The position numbers and the translations under genes were made by a program. This document shows positions 20,523 to 29,899 of a DNA stretch of 64,000 nucleotides, piece by piece; within the stretch, counting starts at the first letter, position 1, and every line of letters starts with the position of its first letter. The notes beneath the pieces were generated by a model that was not told where the DNA came from, did no database searches, and saw nothing but the letters and a program-made list of their open reading frames with translations. Origin of the DNA: a virus; the IMG/VR virus record IMGVR_UViG_3300021373_003070; one strand, 5' to 3'.

Positions 20523-21964
20523 TTAGAATTCGTAAAGTCAATGAGGTATACAATCAAGTACTCGTTGACGATATGGGCATCGCTCAAGAAATCTCAGACT
20601 ATTTTACATTCCAAGTACCCGGCGCACAGTTTATGCCAGCGTACCGTAATCGTATGTGGGATGGGAAGGTCAGGCTGTACAATACATCTACACAGATGTT
20701 GTATTCAGGTTTAAATAATTACGTTCAGATATTTGCCAAAGAACGCGATTATGATGTCACATATGAATACGATAATTCTGCCAATGAGTTCTCTGTCGTA
20801 GAAGCCAAGCAATTCCTCAAAGATCAGAAGTTTACACTTGAACCTCGCGACTATCAAATCGAAGCATTCGTTGATGCTGTTCGTTATAATCGTGGTCTGT
20901 TCTTATCTCCAACGGCATCTGGTAAGTCGTTTATCATTTATATGATTATGCGTTGGCATCTCAAGCAGACACTACTCATCGTCCCCACGACTACTCTCGT
21001 CCATCAGATGTATTCAGACTTTCAGGATTATGGTTTTAACTCAGAAAAATATTGTCATAAGATTTATTCAGGTCAGGATAAAAAGACAGATAAGCCTATT
21101 GTCATCACCACGTGGCAGTCTATCTACAAACTACGTAAGGATTTCTTCAAACAATTTGATGTAGTCATTGGTGACGAAGCGCACCTCTTCAAAGCTAAGT
21201 CACTGACATCGATACTGACTAAGTTAGAAGATTGCAAATATCGATATGGCTTTACAGGTACACTCGATGGATCACAAACACATAAGCTAGTCCTCGAAGG
21301 TTTATTCGGTCCATGTCAACAGGTCACAACAACCAAAAAGCTGATGGATCAAAAACATCTTGCTGACTTTAAGATCAAAATACTGGCGCTCAAATATCCA
21401 GATGAGATACGAAAAGTCGTTGCAAAGATGAACTATCAGGATGAAATGGACTATCTGGTGGCGTGTGAAGCACGCAACAAATTCATTAAGAACCTTGCTC
21501 TATCGCTTGAAGGTAATACGCTTTTACTGTTTCAATATGTTGAAAAACATGGTAGAATATTACAAGATATGGTCGAGAAAGAAGCAGGTGATCGTAGAGT
21601 ATTTTTTATACACGGAGGTGTCAAAGGTGAAGAAAGAGACGAAATCAGAGGAATCGTCGAAAAAGAAACCAACGCTATCATTATTGCTTCTTATGGGACT
21701 TTTAGCACTGGGGTTAATATCCGAAATCTACATTCTATTATATTCGGATCACCTTCTAAATCCAAGATACGAAATCTTCAGTCTATAGGACGAGGACTAC
21801 GTAAGTCAGATACAAAAGAATCCGCCGTGCTATATGATATAGCAGATGATTTATCATGGAAGAGTACAAGTAACTATACACTTAAACATCTCATGGAAAG
21901 AGTAAAAGTGTATGACGAAGAAAAGTTTGATTATAAACTCTATAGCATAGGAATCAGTGGGTGA
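20519..21964 (+). CDS. uvsW: SF2 DNA helicase UvsW
   Basis: WDGKVRL, SPTASGKS, GDEAH, LQSIGRGLR. Confidence 0.96.
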   Translation: MIRIRKVNEVYNQVLVDDMGIAQEISDYFTFQVPGAQFMPAYRNRMWDGKVRLYNTSTQMLYSGLNNYVQIFAKERDYDVTYEYDNSANEFSVVEAKQFLKDQKFTLEPRDYQIEAFVDAVRYNRGLFLSPTASGKSFIIYMIMRWHLKQTLLIVPTTTLVHQMYSDFQDYGFNSEKYCHKIYSGQDKKTDKPIVITTWQSIYKLRKDFFKQFDVVIGDEAHLFKAKSLTSILTKLEDCKYRYGFTGTLDGSQTHKLVLEGLFGPCQQVTTTKKLMDQKHLADFKIKILALKYPDEIRKVVAKMNYQDEMDYLVACEARNKFIKNLALSLEGNTLLLFQYVEKHGRILQDMVEKEAGDRRVFFIHGGVKGEERDEIRGIVEKETNAIIIASYGTFSTGVNIRNLHSIIFGSPSKSKIRNLQSIGRGLRKSDTKESAVLYDIADDLSWKSTSNYTLKHLMERVKVYDEEKFDYKLYSIGISG

Positions 21965-22341
21965 TAGTAGTTGTAAAAATGAAGAGCGGCGATTTTATTA
22001 TGGGCAATCTTACAATCACTCATGAATCGAGCATCGAACTAAAGGATGCACTGATCGTTGAAATTGGCAAGAATCCTGCCGGTATCACTGTATACTTCTA
22101 TAAGTATTGTCCATTTAATACCTCATTCGATATCTCTTTGCAGAAAACAGAAATATCTAATATATTTGATGATCCTATTCCATCGTTGTCAGATTATTAT
22201 AAAGCGCAATGCAAAATACTAAAGCGCACATATGATTTAAAGCTTGAACAGGATGAACAAGACGAAGAGGATGAGCTAGAGGATGATCCATCTTACGAAG
22301 CCTTTTTTGAAAAATTGAAGACAGACCCGGAGGTACACTAG
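21961..22341 (+). CDS. Conserved T4-like hypothetical (Sm-like) protein
   Basis: Typical position between uvsW and gp55. Confidence 0.6.
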   Translation: MIVVVKMKSGDFIMGNLTITHESSIELKDALIVEIGKNPAGITVYFYKYCPFNTSFDISLQKTEISNIFDDPIPSLSDYYKAQCKILKRTYDLKLEQDEQDEEDELEDDPSYEAFFEKLKTDPEVH

Positions 22342-22850
22342 TGGCCAATTATATCAACAACAAAGAATTTTATGCATTGCTTGTAGATTACAAAGCAAAG
22401 TGCAATGAAGCTGACCTGAACAGTCAGCCAACGCCTCGTATTCCTGAGGACATTGGCAAATGCTTTATGATGATCGCTACTAAGTTATCGACGAAGGCCA
22501 ATTTCTCTGGCTACACATATAAAGATGAGATGATATGTGATGCTCTCGAAAACTGCATCGTGGCTGTGCATAGTTTCAATCCTGAAAAGTCTAAAAATCC
22601 ATTCGCTTACTTTACTCAAATCATTTGGTATGCATTTCTACGCCGCATCGAGAAAGAAAAGAAACAAACATATGTCAAGTACAAATCTCTCGAGCAATTG
22701 GTTGTCGATGCTGATCTCTTAGAAGACGATAACTATAAGAATTTTGATATCGCCAACGAGAAGATGAAACCTATTATTGATAAATTTGAACAAAAGAAAG
22801 CGAAGAAGCCACCTGAGAAAAAAGGTTTAGAGAAGTTTACAGATGAGTAA
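22341..22850 (+). CDS. gp55: Late-transcription sigma factor
   Basis: NYINNKEF, NFSGYTYKDEMICD, NPFAYFTQI..AFLRRI.KEKKQ. Confidence 0.96.
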   Translation: MANYINNKEFYALLVDYKAKCNEADLNSQPTPRIPEDIGKCFMMIATKLSTKANFSGYTYKDEMICDALENCIVAVHSFNPEKSKNPFAYFTQIIWYAFLRRIEKEKKQTYVKYKSLEQLVVDADLLEDDNYKNFDIANEKMKPIIDKFEQKKAKKPPEKKGLEKFTDE

Positions 22851-23004
22851 AGCTTGGTTAGTATGGAAGTATGCCATCGGATCATTTTCTGATGACAAGA
22901 CTGAAAACTATGATGACATTGTGGCGATAATTAGGACACTGGTTGTGCTGGTTAACTTCGTCACATGTTTTTTTATTATGAGCAACGTGGTGCATAACTG
23001 GTGA
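22843..23004 (+). CDS. Small membrane protein (53 aa)
   Basis: WKYAIGSFSDDKT..YD..VAIIRT motif, familiar from marine T4-like phages; coupled overlaps. Confidence 0.7.
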   Translation: MSKAWLVWKYAIGSFSDDKTENYDDIVAIIRTLVVLVNFVTCFFIMSNVVHNW

Positions 23005-24056
23005 AGATAGCATTAATTACAGATCAACATTTCGGCGCACGAAATGATTCAATACAATTTCATGAGTACTACAAAAAATTCTACGACGAGTATTTCTTTC
23101 CTATACTTGCTGAAAATAACGTCGATACAATTGTGGAGTTAGGAGATATATTCGATCGCCGTAAGTATGTCAACTTCGATACACTATATCGAGCGAGAGA
23201 ATACTTCTTCGATCCTATCATCAACAATGGATATCAGCTTCATTGCATCGTTGGTAATCATGACATCTACTTTAAGAATACAAATCGTGTAAACGCACCT
23301 ACTCTTCTTGTTGATGAGGCTGGTGATAATATACATGTATATGATGATCCAACTGTTGCCAACTTTGATGGGTTGAACATCTTATTGATGCCGTGGATCA
23401 ACAACGAAAACTATAATGATGCGATGCATTATATCGAGAATAGTGGATGTCAAGTTTGTCTTGGCCATCTCGAGCTGAAAGGTTTCGAGATGTACAAAGG
23501 CGCCGTGATTGATGCTGGATTGCCACACGGCGTGTTTAAAAAGTTTGATATGGTAATGTCCGGACACTTCCATCATAAGTCTACACGAGATAACGTGCAC
23601 TATCTAGGCGCACCATATGAAATGACGTGGTCAGATTATAACGACGATCGTGGTTTTCACATCTTCGATACAGATACTCGCGAACTGACGTACTATAAAA
23701 ATCCATACACGATGTTCAATAAGGTGTACTATGATGATCTAGAAGGTGAGAAAGTATTAGAGCAAACTTTCGGGCATCTTACAAATACCTATGTCAAGGT
23801 CATCGTAAAAAATAAAGATAATCCATATCTATTTGACCTGTTTATTGACAAACTCAATAGTGCCAATCCTGCTCATGCTCAGGTAGTGGAAGACAACTTC
23901 CATCTCGATATGGAAGACGACGACACCATAGTTGATGAGGCTGAAGACACGATCACAATCATCAACAAGTATATCGATAATCTACAACTCCAAAACAGCA
24001 AACCAATGAGTGATCTATTTTACGATCTATATCATGAGGTGATAAGTGCAGAATGA
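23001..24056 (+). CDS. gp47: Recombination endonuclease subunit (Mre11/SbcD-like)
   Basis: TDQHFG, LGDIFDRRK, VGNHD, SGHFH. Confidence 0.96.
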   Translation: MKIALITDQHFGARNDSIQFHEYYKKFYDEYFFPILAENNVDTIVELGDIFDRRKYVNFDTLYRAREYFFDPIINNGYQLHCIVGNHDIYFKNTNRVNAPTLLVDEAGDNIHVYDDPTVANFDGLNILLMPWINNENYNDAMHYIENSGCQVCLGHLELKGFEMYKGAVIDAGLPHGVFKKFDMVMSGHFHHKSTRDNVHYLGAPYEMTWSDYNDDRGFHIFDTDTRELTYYKNPYTMFNKVYYDDLEGEKVLEQTFGHLTNTYVKVIVKNKDNPYLFDLFIDKLNSANPAHAQVVEDNFHLDMEDDDTIVDEAEDTITIINKYIDNLQLQNSKPMSDLFYDLYHEVISAE

Positions 24057-24489
24057 AGTCATAGCTACCGATGCTGTACCTCACGAATGTGATGGATGCA
24101 TAGGATGTTGTGATGGTACTTTATCACATCGCTATGTGACACAGTCCGGTAAACAATTATATTGTGATAATGATGCCGCGTGCGATTATTGTGGACCATC
24201 AGGTTGTCTAGGATATGACGATAGACCACAAGGTTGTGATGAGTTCCAATGTTACTGGAAACAAGATTCTGGTTTGCCAATGTGGTTGAACCCCAAAGAA
24301 TGTGGATTCATGATTTTACCTTATCCGAAAGACGGTGGCAATTACTTTACGATCAAAGAGATAAAATCATATGACTTGAATTGGTCTTCGTTGTTGTGGG
24401 CATTGGCTTGGGCTAATGAGACTCATAAAAATGTGTACACTATTTTGGCAAAACAAGGTACAATGTACTTTGAAAACGAACGCGAGTAA
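24046..24489 (+). CDS. CxxCxxCC (YkgJ-like) cysteine-cluster protein
   Basis: CDGCIGCC...C..C...C..Y..RP..C..F.C. Confidence 0.7.
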   Translation: MQNEVIATDAVPHECDGCIGCCDGTLSHRYVTQSGKQLYCDNDAACDYCGPSGCLGYDDRPQGCDEFQCYWKQDSGLPMWLNPKECGFMILPYPKDGGNYFTIKEIKSYDLNWSSLLWALAWANETHKNVYTILAKQGTMYFENERE

Positions 24490-24491
24490 GT

Positions 24492-26192
24492 ATGTTATAT
24501 TTTAAGAAGATTCGTTGGCAGAATTTTTTGTCAACTGGTAATCAATTTACAGAGATATTGCTTAACAAATCACAATCTACATTGATCGTAGGTGAGAATG
24601 GCGCCGGCAAATCAACAATGCTGGACGCTATTTTGTTTGCGTTATATGGTAAGCCGTATCGAAACATCAATAAGCCTCAGCTAGTCAACAGCATCAATAA
24701 CAAGCATGCACTTGTCGAAATAGAATTTAGTACAAAGGGCAAAGACTACTTAGTTCGCAGAGGTATCAAACCGGCAAAGTTTGAGATCTTCTGCGACGAT
24801 AAGCTTGTTGATCAGAATGCAAGTGTCAAAGAGTATCAAGATTATCTCGAGAAGACTGTCCTCAAACTCAATCATAAGTCATTCACTCAAATCGTTGTGA
24901 TTGGTTCGGCCAACTTCGTACCATTTATGCAGATGAAAGTATGGGAACGACGTGATGTGATCGAAGATCTTCTTGATATCGAGATCTTTACGAAGATGAA
25001 CAACGCATTACGCGACCGCATATCCAAAAACAAAGACGAAGTCATCGAAGCAAAGTATCATATCGATCTGCTCAATGAAAAGATAGAGCTTACACGTAAG
25101 CATATGAACGAACTAGCGTCTATCAAAAAGTCTGATAAAGAAGCAAAAGAAAAACAGATCAAAGAACACAAACAACAACTGTCTGAGCTCACAGAAAAAT
25201 ACGAAGAGGTCAATGGTCAGGTAAAAGAATTACACGAAAGTATTTCTGACTATCAAAAGCTAAAGGATAAGAAGTCGCAACTCAATGAGTTGAAATATAA
25301 GCTTGATCATAAAGTCAAGACATTACACGAAGAGATTGATTTCTTTGAACACAATGACAATTGTCCAGCTTGCACACAACCTATCGATTCACATGTAAAA
25401 CAATGTGCCGTTGATGACAAGAACAGTAAGCGTGTTGAGTTGCAAGAAGCAGTCACACAGATGGATGAACACTTTAGTGAGGTTGAGAATAGACTTGAGC
25501 AGGTCATGGTTGTACAAGAAAAGATTCAAAGTCTCAACTCATCTCTTCTTAGTCTAAATAATGATATGCTATATCATTCCAATACGATCAAGAAATTGTC
25601 AGTTGAAGAGAAGAAACCAGAAGTCAAAGAAAATACAGATGACATGGCAGATTTGAAGGCTAAGCTAACTGCCAGTCAAGCATCTCATGAGTTTCTATTA
25701 TTTCAAAAAGAAACATATGAAATGGCATCATCACTGCTCAAAGACGGTGGTATCAAAGCAAAGATCATCAAACAATATGTACCTATCATCAACAAATTGA
25801 TGAATAAGTATTTAGCTGCCATGGAATTTTTTGTGCAGTTTGAGTTAGATGAACAGTTTAATGAGAAAATCAAGTCGCGATTCCGTGATGAGTTTACGTA
25901 CGACTCTTTTAGTGAAGGCGAGAAGATGCGTATTGATTTATCATTATTGTTTACTTGGCGAGCTGTAGCCAAGTTGCGTAATTCTATTACGACAAACCTG
26001 TTGATTATGGATGAGGTGTTTGACAGCTCTCTTGATAACACGGGTACAGATGAATTTATGAAACTGATTACGCAGTTGACTAGCGACACCAATGTGTTCG
26101 TGATTAGCCATAAAGGTGATCAACTATTTGATAAGTTTCATAGTAATATTAAATTTGAAAAGGTTAAAAATTTCTCGCAGATTGCTGCATAG
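24492..26192 (+). CDS. gp46: Recombination ATPase subunit (Rad50/SbcC-like)
   Basis: GENGAGKST, CPAC Zn hook, FSEGEKMRID, MDEVFD. Confidence 0.97.
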   Translation: MLYFKKIRWQNFLSTGNQFTEILLNKSQSTLIVGENGAGKSTMLDAILFALYGKPYRNINKPQLVNSINNKHALVEIEFSTKGKDYLVRRGIKPAKFEIFCDDKLVDQNASVKEYQDYLEKTVLKLNHKSFTQIVVIGSANFVPFMQMKVWERRDVIEDLLDIEIFTKMNNALRDRISKNKDEVIEAKYHIDLLNEKIELTRKHMNELASIKKSDKEAKEKQIKEHKQQLSELTEKYEEVNGQVKELHESISDYQKLKDKKSQLNELKYKLDHKVKTLHEEIDFFEHNDNCPACTQPIDSHVKQCAVDDKNSKRVELQEAVTQMDEHFSEVENRLEQVMVVQEKIQSLNSSLLSLNNDMLYHSNTIKKLSVEEKKPEVKENTDDMADLKAKLTASQASHEFLLFQKETYEMASSLLKDGGIKAKIIKQYVPIINKLMNKYLAAMEFFVQFELDEQFNEKIKSRFRDEFTYDSFSEGEKMRIDLSLLFTWRAVAKLRNSITTNLLIMDEVFDSSLDNTGTDEFMKLITQLTSDTNVFVISHKGDQLFDKFHSNIKFEKVKNFSQIAA

Positions 26193-26200
26193 GAGTCATC

Positions 26201-26377
26201 ATGTATAAGCTATATACAAAACTAAAAGAAGATCAAGAGTGGATTGCTGTTCTTGATGTCAAGCTCAGTCGAGTAAATAAAGTAGATCGTATTTTTATGA
26301 ACCGTGAAGAGGCTGAGGCGTTCGTTAAGCAACAAAACATTCCTGATAACATGTACAAAATTGAAGAACAAGAGTAG
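26201..26377 (+). CDS. Small hypothetical protein (58 aa)
   Basis: AGGAG RBS; MYKLYTKLKEDQEW... Confidence 0.65.
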   Translation: MYKLYTKLKEDQEWIAVLDVKLSRVNKVDRIFMNREEAEAFVKQQNIPDNMYKIEEQE

Positions 26378-26404
26378 AATAGATACATCATTGAGGAGAA
26401 AATT

Positions 26405-26818
26405 ATGAGTAACGATTGGGCATCAGACATTCGATCTATGCATGACAAATATGGTGTACACGAATGGGTACAGGAAAATCCAGAAAAGCTACGTGAGTTC
26501 CTACAGTTCCGAATGAAGTTTATACAAGAGGAATTTAGCGAGACGCTCGAAGCAATCATCAATAATGATCCTGAAGAAATGGTCGACGGTCTTATTGATC
26601 TATGTGTTGTAGCTATCGGCACAATGGATGCATTTGGTATCGATGCTCATAAAGCGTGGAACGAGGTCTTCGCTGCCAACATGGCGAAAGAACGTGGTGT
26701 AAAAGAAACACGTCCTAATCCTCTCGGTCTACCAGATCTGATCAAGCCAGAAGGATGGCAAACACCATCACATGCCGGCAATCACGGCCTACTGGCTGAG
26801 ATGTCACGATCGGAATAA
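26405..26818 (+). CDS. All-alpha (MazG-like) nucleoside triphosphate pyrophosphohydrolase; candidate dCTPase
   Basis: EEFSE...EEMVDGLIDL..V acidic motif; V..ANM.K and DLIKPEGW..P. Confidence 0.75.
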   Translation: MSNDWASDIRSMHDKYGVHEWVQENPEKLREFLQFRMKFIQEEFSETLEAIINNDPEEMVDGLIDLCVVAIGTMDAFGIDAHKAWNEVFAANMAKERGVKETRPNPLGLPDLIKPEGWQTPSHAGNHGLLAEMSRSE

Positions 26819-26854
26819 CCGATTAATTTTGTGTTTTTTTGCTGAAAATAAGTG

Positions 26855-26883
26855 TGTACTTTTTCTTGATTATGCTGTAGAAT
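26855..26883 (+). promoter_or_regulatory. Early-type promoter TGTACT-N17-TAGAAT
   Basis: Recurrent motif with ATGCTG before the -10. Confidence 0.7.
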
Positions 26884-26914
26884 AGACTAGTCAAATGGAA
26901 AAAGGTACACACTT

Positions 26915-27541
26915 ATGGCCTATTATTACGGCTCACTCAGAGACTCTCTGATCACAGAATGCCAGAACCAAGGCATGTCTCCATCTCATATCGAAAAGTA
27001 TGCCAAGTACTACATGGCAAAGCAGAGAGCTGCTCGAGGTGGCGGCCGTTCAAAGACTGGATATCAGGACTCCGATAAGACAAAAGTCTATCGTTCAGAG
27101 TGGGCATTTCAGTCAAAGGTTGACATCCGTCAATTCAAAGATATCGACGAAGCAACACAAAGATTCAAGCAAATCAAGAAGTCAAAGCTGTGGAGTCAGA
27201 TTGGTAAGCAATGCTATCTGATGGACAATCGCCGCATGGGTCGTGCTACTGCAGGTCGTGCACACGTTGGTGGTAAGATCGAGCTAGGTACAACAGGCAT
27301 GGATGAGTATACACTTATCCACGAAATGGCACATCAGACACATAACTCAATGCACCACGGTGTACAATTTCGTATCCACTTGTTAAAGTTAGTATCTAGA
27401 TTTATGGGACGAGAAGCACATGACATTCTCAAAGCAGAATTCAAAGAACGTAAGCTTAAGCTATCAATGCCTAAGCCACGTTCACCGGCTAGCTGGTTCA
27501 AATCATATCAACACATGCAAAAAGTAAGAGGTGAAGCATGA
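26915..27541 (+). CDS. Zincin-like (HExxH) protein
   Basis: LIHEMAH...HG..F motif. Confidence 0.65.
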   Translation: MAYYYGSLRDSLITECQNQGMSPSHIEKYAKYYMAKQRAARGGGRSKTGYQDSDKTKVYRSEWAFQSKVDIRQFKDIDEATQRFKQIKKSKLWSQIGKQCYLMDNRRMGRATAGRAHVGGKIELGTTGMDEYTLIHEMAHQTHNSMHHGVQFRIHLLKLVSRFMGREAHDILKAEFKERKLKLSMPKPRSPASWFKSYQHMQKVRGEA

Positions 27542-27879
27542 AAGAATCACTTAAAGTTTTACAAGAATGTGCTGAGGTACAAATCAAAAAGTCTAATGAC
27601 TATCAAAATGATTACTCTCGCATTCGTCAAGCAGACTACTATCCTCGTGGTGTAGCTACTATCACAGATCTCATCTATGCTAAAGTTCTTCGTATGCAAT
27701 CAGTCATCGAAGCTAGCGAACGTGATCCAGAATATACACCAAACTTCGAATCAATCGAAGATTCTGCTAAAGATCTAATCAACTATGCATCATTCGTTGT
27801 TGCATACATGCGTGGCCAAATGGATGGCCAAGAAACAAACCGTGACTTCCTTAATCGGGTGATTGATGATTCAGAATAA
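27538..27879 (+). CDS. Nucleotide-modification-associated domain protein (DUF1599/Nmad1-like)
   Basis: KKSNDY...K..R...ESIEDS..DLINYA pattern; adjacent to gp42. Confidence 0.65.
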   Translation: MKESLKVLQECAEVQIKKSNDYQNDYSRIRQADYYPRGVATITDLIYAKVLRMQSVIEASERDPEYTPNFESIEDSAKDLINYASFVVAYMRGQMDGQETNRDFLNRVIDDSE

Positions 27880-28543
27880 AGTACATGATATCCGTTCTTA
27901 TTTCAAAGAAGCTTTACACAAAGAACAATTCACAATTGACAAGACTGGTCAAAAGACTATCGAATTAATTGGTGCATCGTTTATTGCAGACGAGCCATCT
28001 ATCTTTGGTAGACCGGTTCAAAAGTATATCGATGCCGAGATCAATTGGTATATTTCTCAATCTACTAACATTCACGATATCTATGATGAAGGTAGAGCAC
28101 CACCTGAAGCTTGGAAGTATTCGGCAAATGAACACGGTGAGATCAACTCAAACTATGGCCATCTTATTTACAGTGAAAAGTATGGTAATCAATACCATCG
28201 TGTAATGCAAGAACTTCTCGCTCATCCGGATGGCCGACGTGCAACAATGATTTATAATCGTCCATCTATATGGAATGAATACAACGAGAATGGTAAGTCA
28301 GACTTTATTTGTACCAATGCTGTAACTTACTATGTACGTAATGGTAAACTCCACTGTGTGGTTCAGATGCGCTCTAACGATGTGGTTTTCGGTTACAAGA
28401 ATGACTATGCTTGGCAGAAATATATACTAGATATGTTGGCTTATGATATTTCTAGTCATCACACACAAATATTTTCTGGTGATATTATGTGGCAGGTTCA
28501 AAACCTTCACGTATACGAACGACACTTTAAATTGGTGGAATAA
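27863..28543 (+). CDS. gp42: dCMP hydroxymethylase (thymidylate synthase fold)
   Basis: Collinear with T4 gp42 as recalled: DKTG.KTIE.IGASF.ADEP.IFG, GEINSNYG, SDF.CTN (catalytic Cys), MRSNDVVFG..NDYAWQ with the dCMP-specifying Asp, LHVY.RHF. Confidence 0.9.
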   Translation: MMIQNKVHDIRSYFKEALHKEQFTIDKTGQKTIELIGASFIADEPSIFGRPVQKYIDAEINWYISQSTNIHDIYDEGRAPPEAWKYSANEHGEINSNYGHLIYSEKYGNQYHRVMQELLAHPDGRRATMIYNRPSIWNEYNENGKSDFICTNAVTYYVRNGKLHCVVQMRSNDVVFGYKNDYAWQKYILDMLAYDISSHHTQIFSGDIMWQVQNLHVYERHFKLVE

Positions 28544-29044
28544 ATGTGGATAATGTCCTCTCTTAGAATGATGTTTGTAGGTGCGCTGGCTTCGGCTGGT
28601 GTGCTTGCATATTTTTATTATGTTAATACTCAAGCTGAGTTAGAGTTACTACGCACTGAGATTGAACTATACGAAGTAAAGTTTGCCACACAAACTGAAA
28701 CTATTGATGAGCTAAGAGATGAAATACAAGCTCAAACTGAAAGGCTAAATACTTTAGCCATGGCAAATCAAGAAGCTGAAGTCGAGTTGAACAGATATCT
28801 TGATATTTTTAGACGACACAATTTGCAAAGGTTAGCGGCAGCTAAACCGGACTGGGTGTCGAATATTGTTAATAATGGAACGAAAGATGTATTTGACAGC
28901 ATTGAAGAAGTTAGTCGTGTTATCGACTCTATTGATGGTGACGGGGTGCAGTTGGCTCCATCCGAAGACGGAGATACAGATACAGACGAAACAGGTGAGA
29001 GTGCCAATAGCACAGCCGACACTTCCACGGGAACTGGATCTTAA
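28544..29044 (+). CDS. Putative inner-membrane spanin (Rz-like)
   Basis: N-terminal TM plus long coiled coil; overlaps a lipoprotein gene. Confidence 0.65.
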   Translation: MWIMSSLRMMFVGALASAGVLAYFYYVNTQAELELLRTEIELYEVKFATQTETIDELRDEIQAQTERLNTLAMANQEAEVELNRYLDIFRRHNLQRLAAAKPDWVSNIVNNGTKDVFDSIEEVSRVIDSIDGDGVQLAPSEDGDTDTDETGESANSTADTSTGTGS

Positions 29045-29267
29045 AGAACCAAAGTTCTACGTAGTATCGGATAAAAATCTCGACGATTTTCTCGTAGAAA
29101 TTGAGAAGCGTGCTGGTGGAATTGTATTCGTCGCCATCACTGTTGATGACTACGAACTGATGTCATATAACATGCAAGAGATTAAGCGCTATGTACAACA
29201 GATGAAATCTGTAGTAGTATATTACTATGATATCGTCGAAGACAACAATGCGAAGGCTGAAAAGTGA
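28887..29267 (+). CDS. Putative outer-membrane spanin lipoprotein (Rz1-like)
   Basis: Lipobox VTG-C at residue ~21 followed by a Pro-rich segment; overlaps the 3' end of the i-spanin in another frame. Confidence 0.65.
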   Translation: MYLTALKKLVVLSTLLMVTGCSWLHPKTEIQIQTKQVRVPIAQPTLPRELDLKEPKFYVVSDKNLDDFLVEIEKRAGGIVFVAITVDDYELMSYNMQEIKRYVQQMKSVVVYYYDIVEDNNAKAEK

Positions 29268-29899
29268 GAGTTGCGTATTACGTCAATGGTAGTATACGTA
29301 AGGTAAATCAAAACAATTTGCCATACGATCCTATTGATGTGCATACAGATTTTGCCAATAAGATTGGTGCAGATCTCGGAATGTCAACATGGGAAGTAAG
29401 TAGTGATCCAAAATCAATATCGCTTCAAGAGCTCATGGAATTGCCATTTGAGAGAAGTAAACAGCCGCCGGGTTATTATCCGGATTTGTTCTGGCAACAT
29501 GTAAATTATTGTGAATGGGCGGCATGCAATTATGAAGTATATGACGTATTAGTCAGAGGTCGTTGGGATAATATTTACAATGAAGATAACATCGACCTGA
29601 TCAGTGAAAGCATTACGGCGTGTTATACTGATAGAATGGCGTTTGGATTTTGCAACAGTCGATATCGAGCATTAGATGAATCACTCAAAAATATCAATGA
29701 TCATGTGATTATTCATCCAGCTAAATCGTTTGATCCGGATTTTACCTCAAATTTCTTTCGTACATTCACCGGCGTATGGGAAGAAATGGGACCAGTAAGA
29801 CAAAGTCAGCATGCTGCATGTAAAGCTGAACATATATGGTGGTGGCTACTATGTGGTCGAACAAATTTACCTTACAAGAATATTAGATTATCTGAATGA
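29264..29899 (+). CDS. Hypothetical glycosyltransferase-like protein (YD..VRxRxD family)
   Basis: YDVLVRGRWD and NDHVII; shares motifs with the 58142 and 60887 ORFs. Confidence 0.5.
   Translation: MRVAYYVNGSIRKVNQNNLPYDPIDVHTDFANKIGADLGMSTWEVSSDPKSISLQELMELPFERSKQPPGYYPDLFWQHVNYCEWAACNYEVYDVLVRGRWDNIYNEDNIDLISESITACYTDRMAFGFCNSRYRALDESLKNINDHVIIHPAKSFDPDFTSNFFRTFTGVWEEMGPVRQSQHAACKAEHIWWWLLCGRTNLPYKNIRLSE

Noticed and set aside
27863-28543. Annotation as thymidylate synthase or dUMP hydroxymethylase
   Set aside because: Asp at the specificity position and end-to-end resemblance to T4 gp42 favour a dCMP substrate
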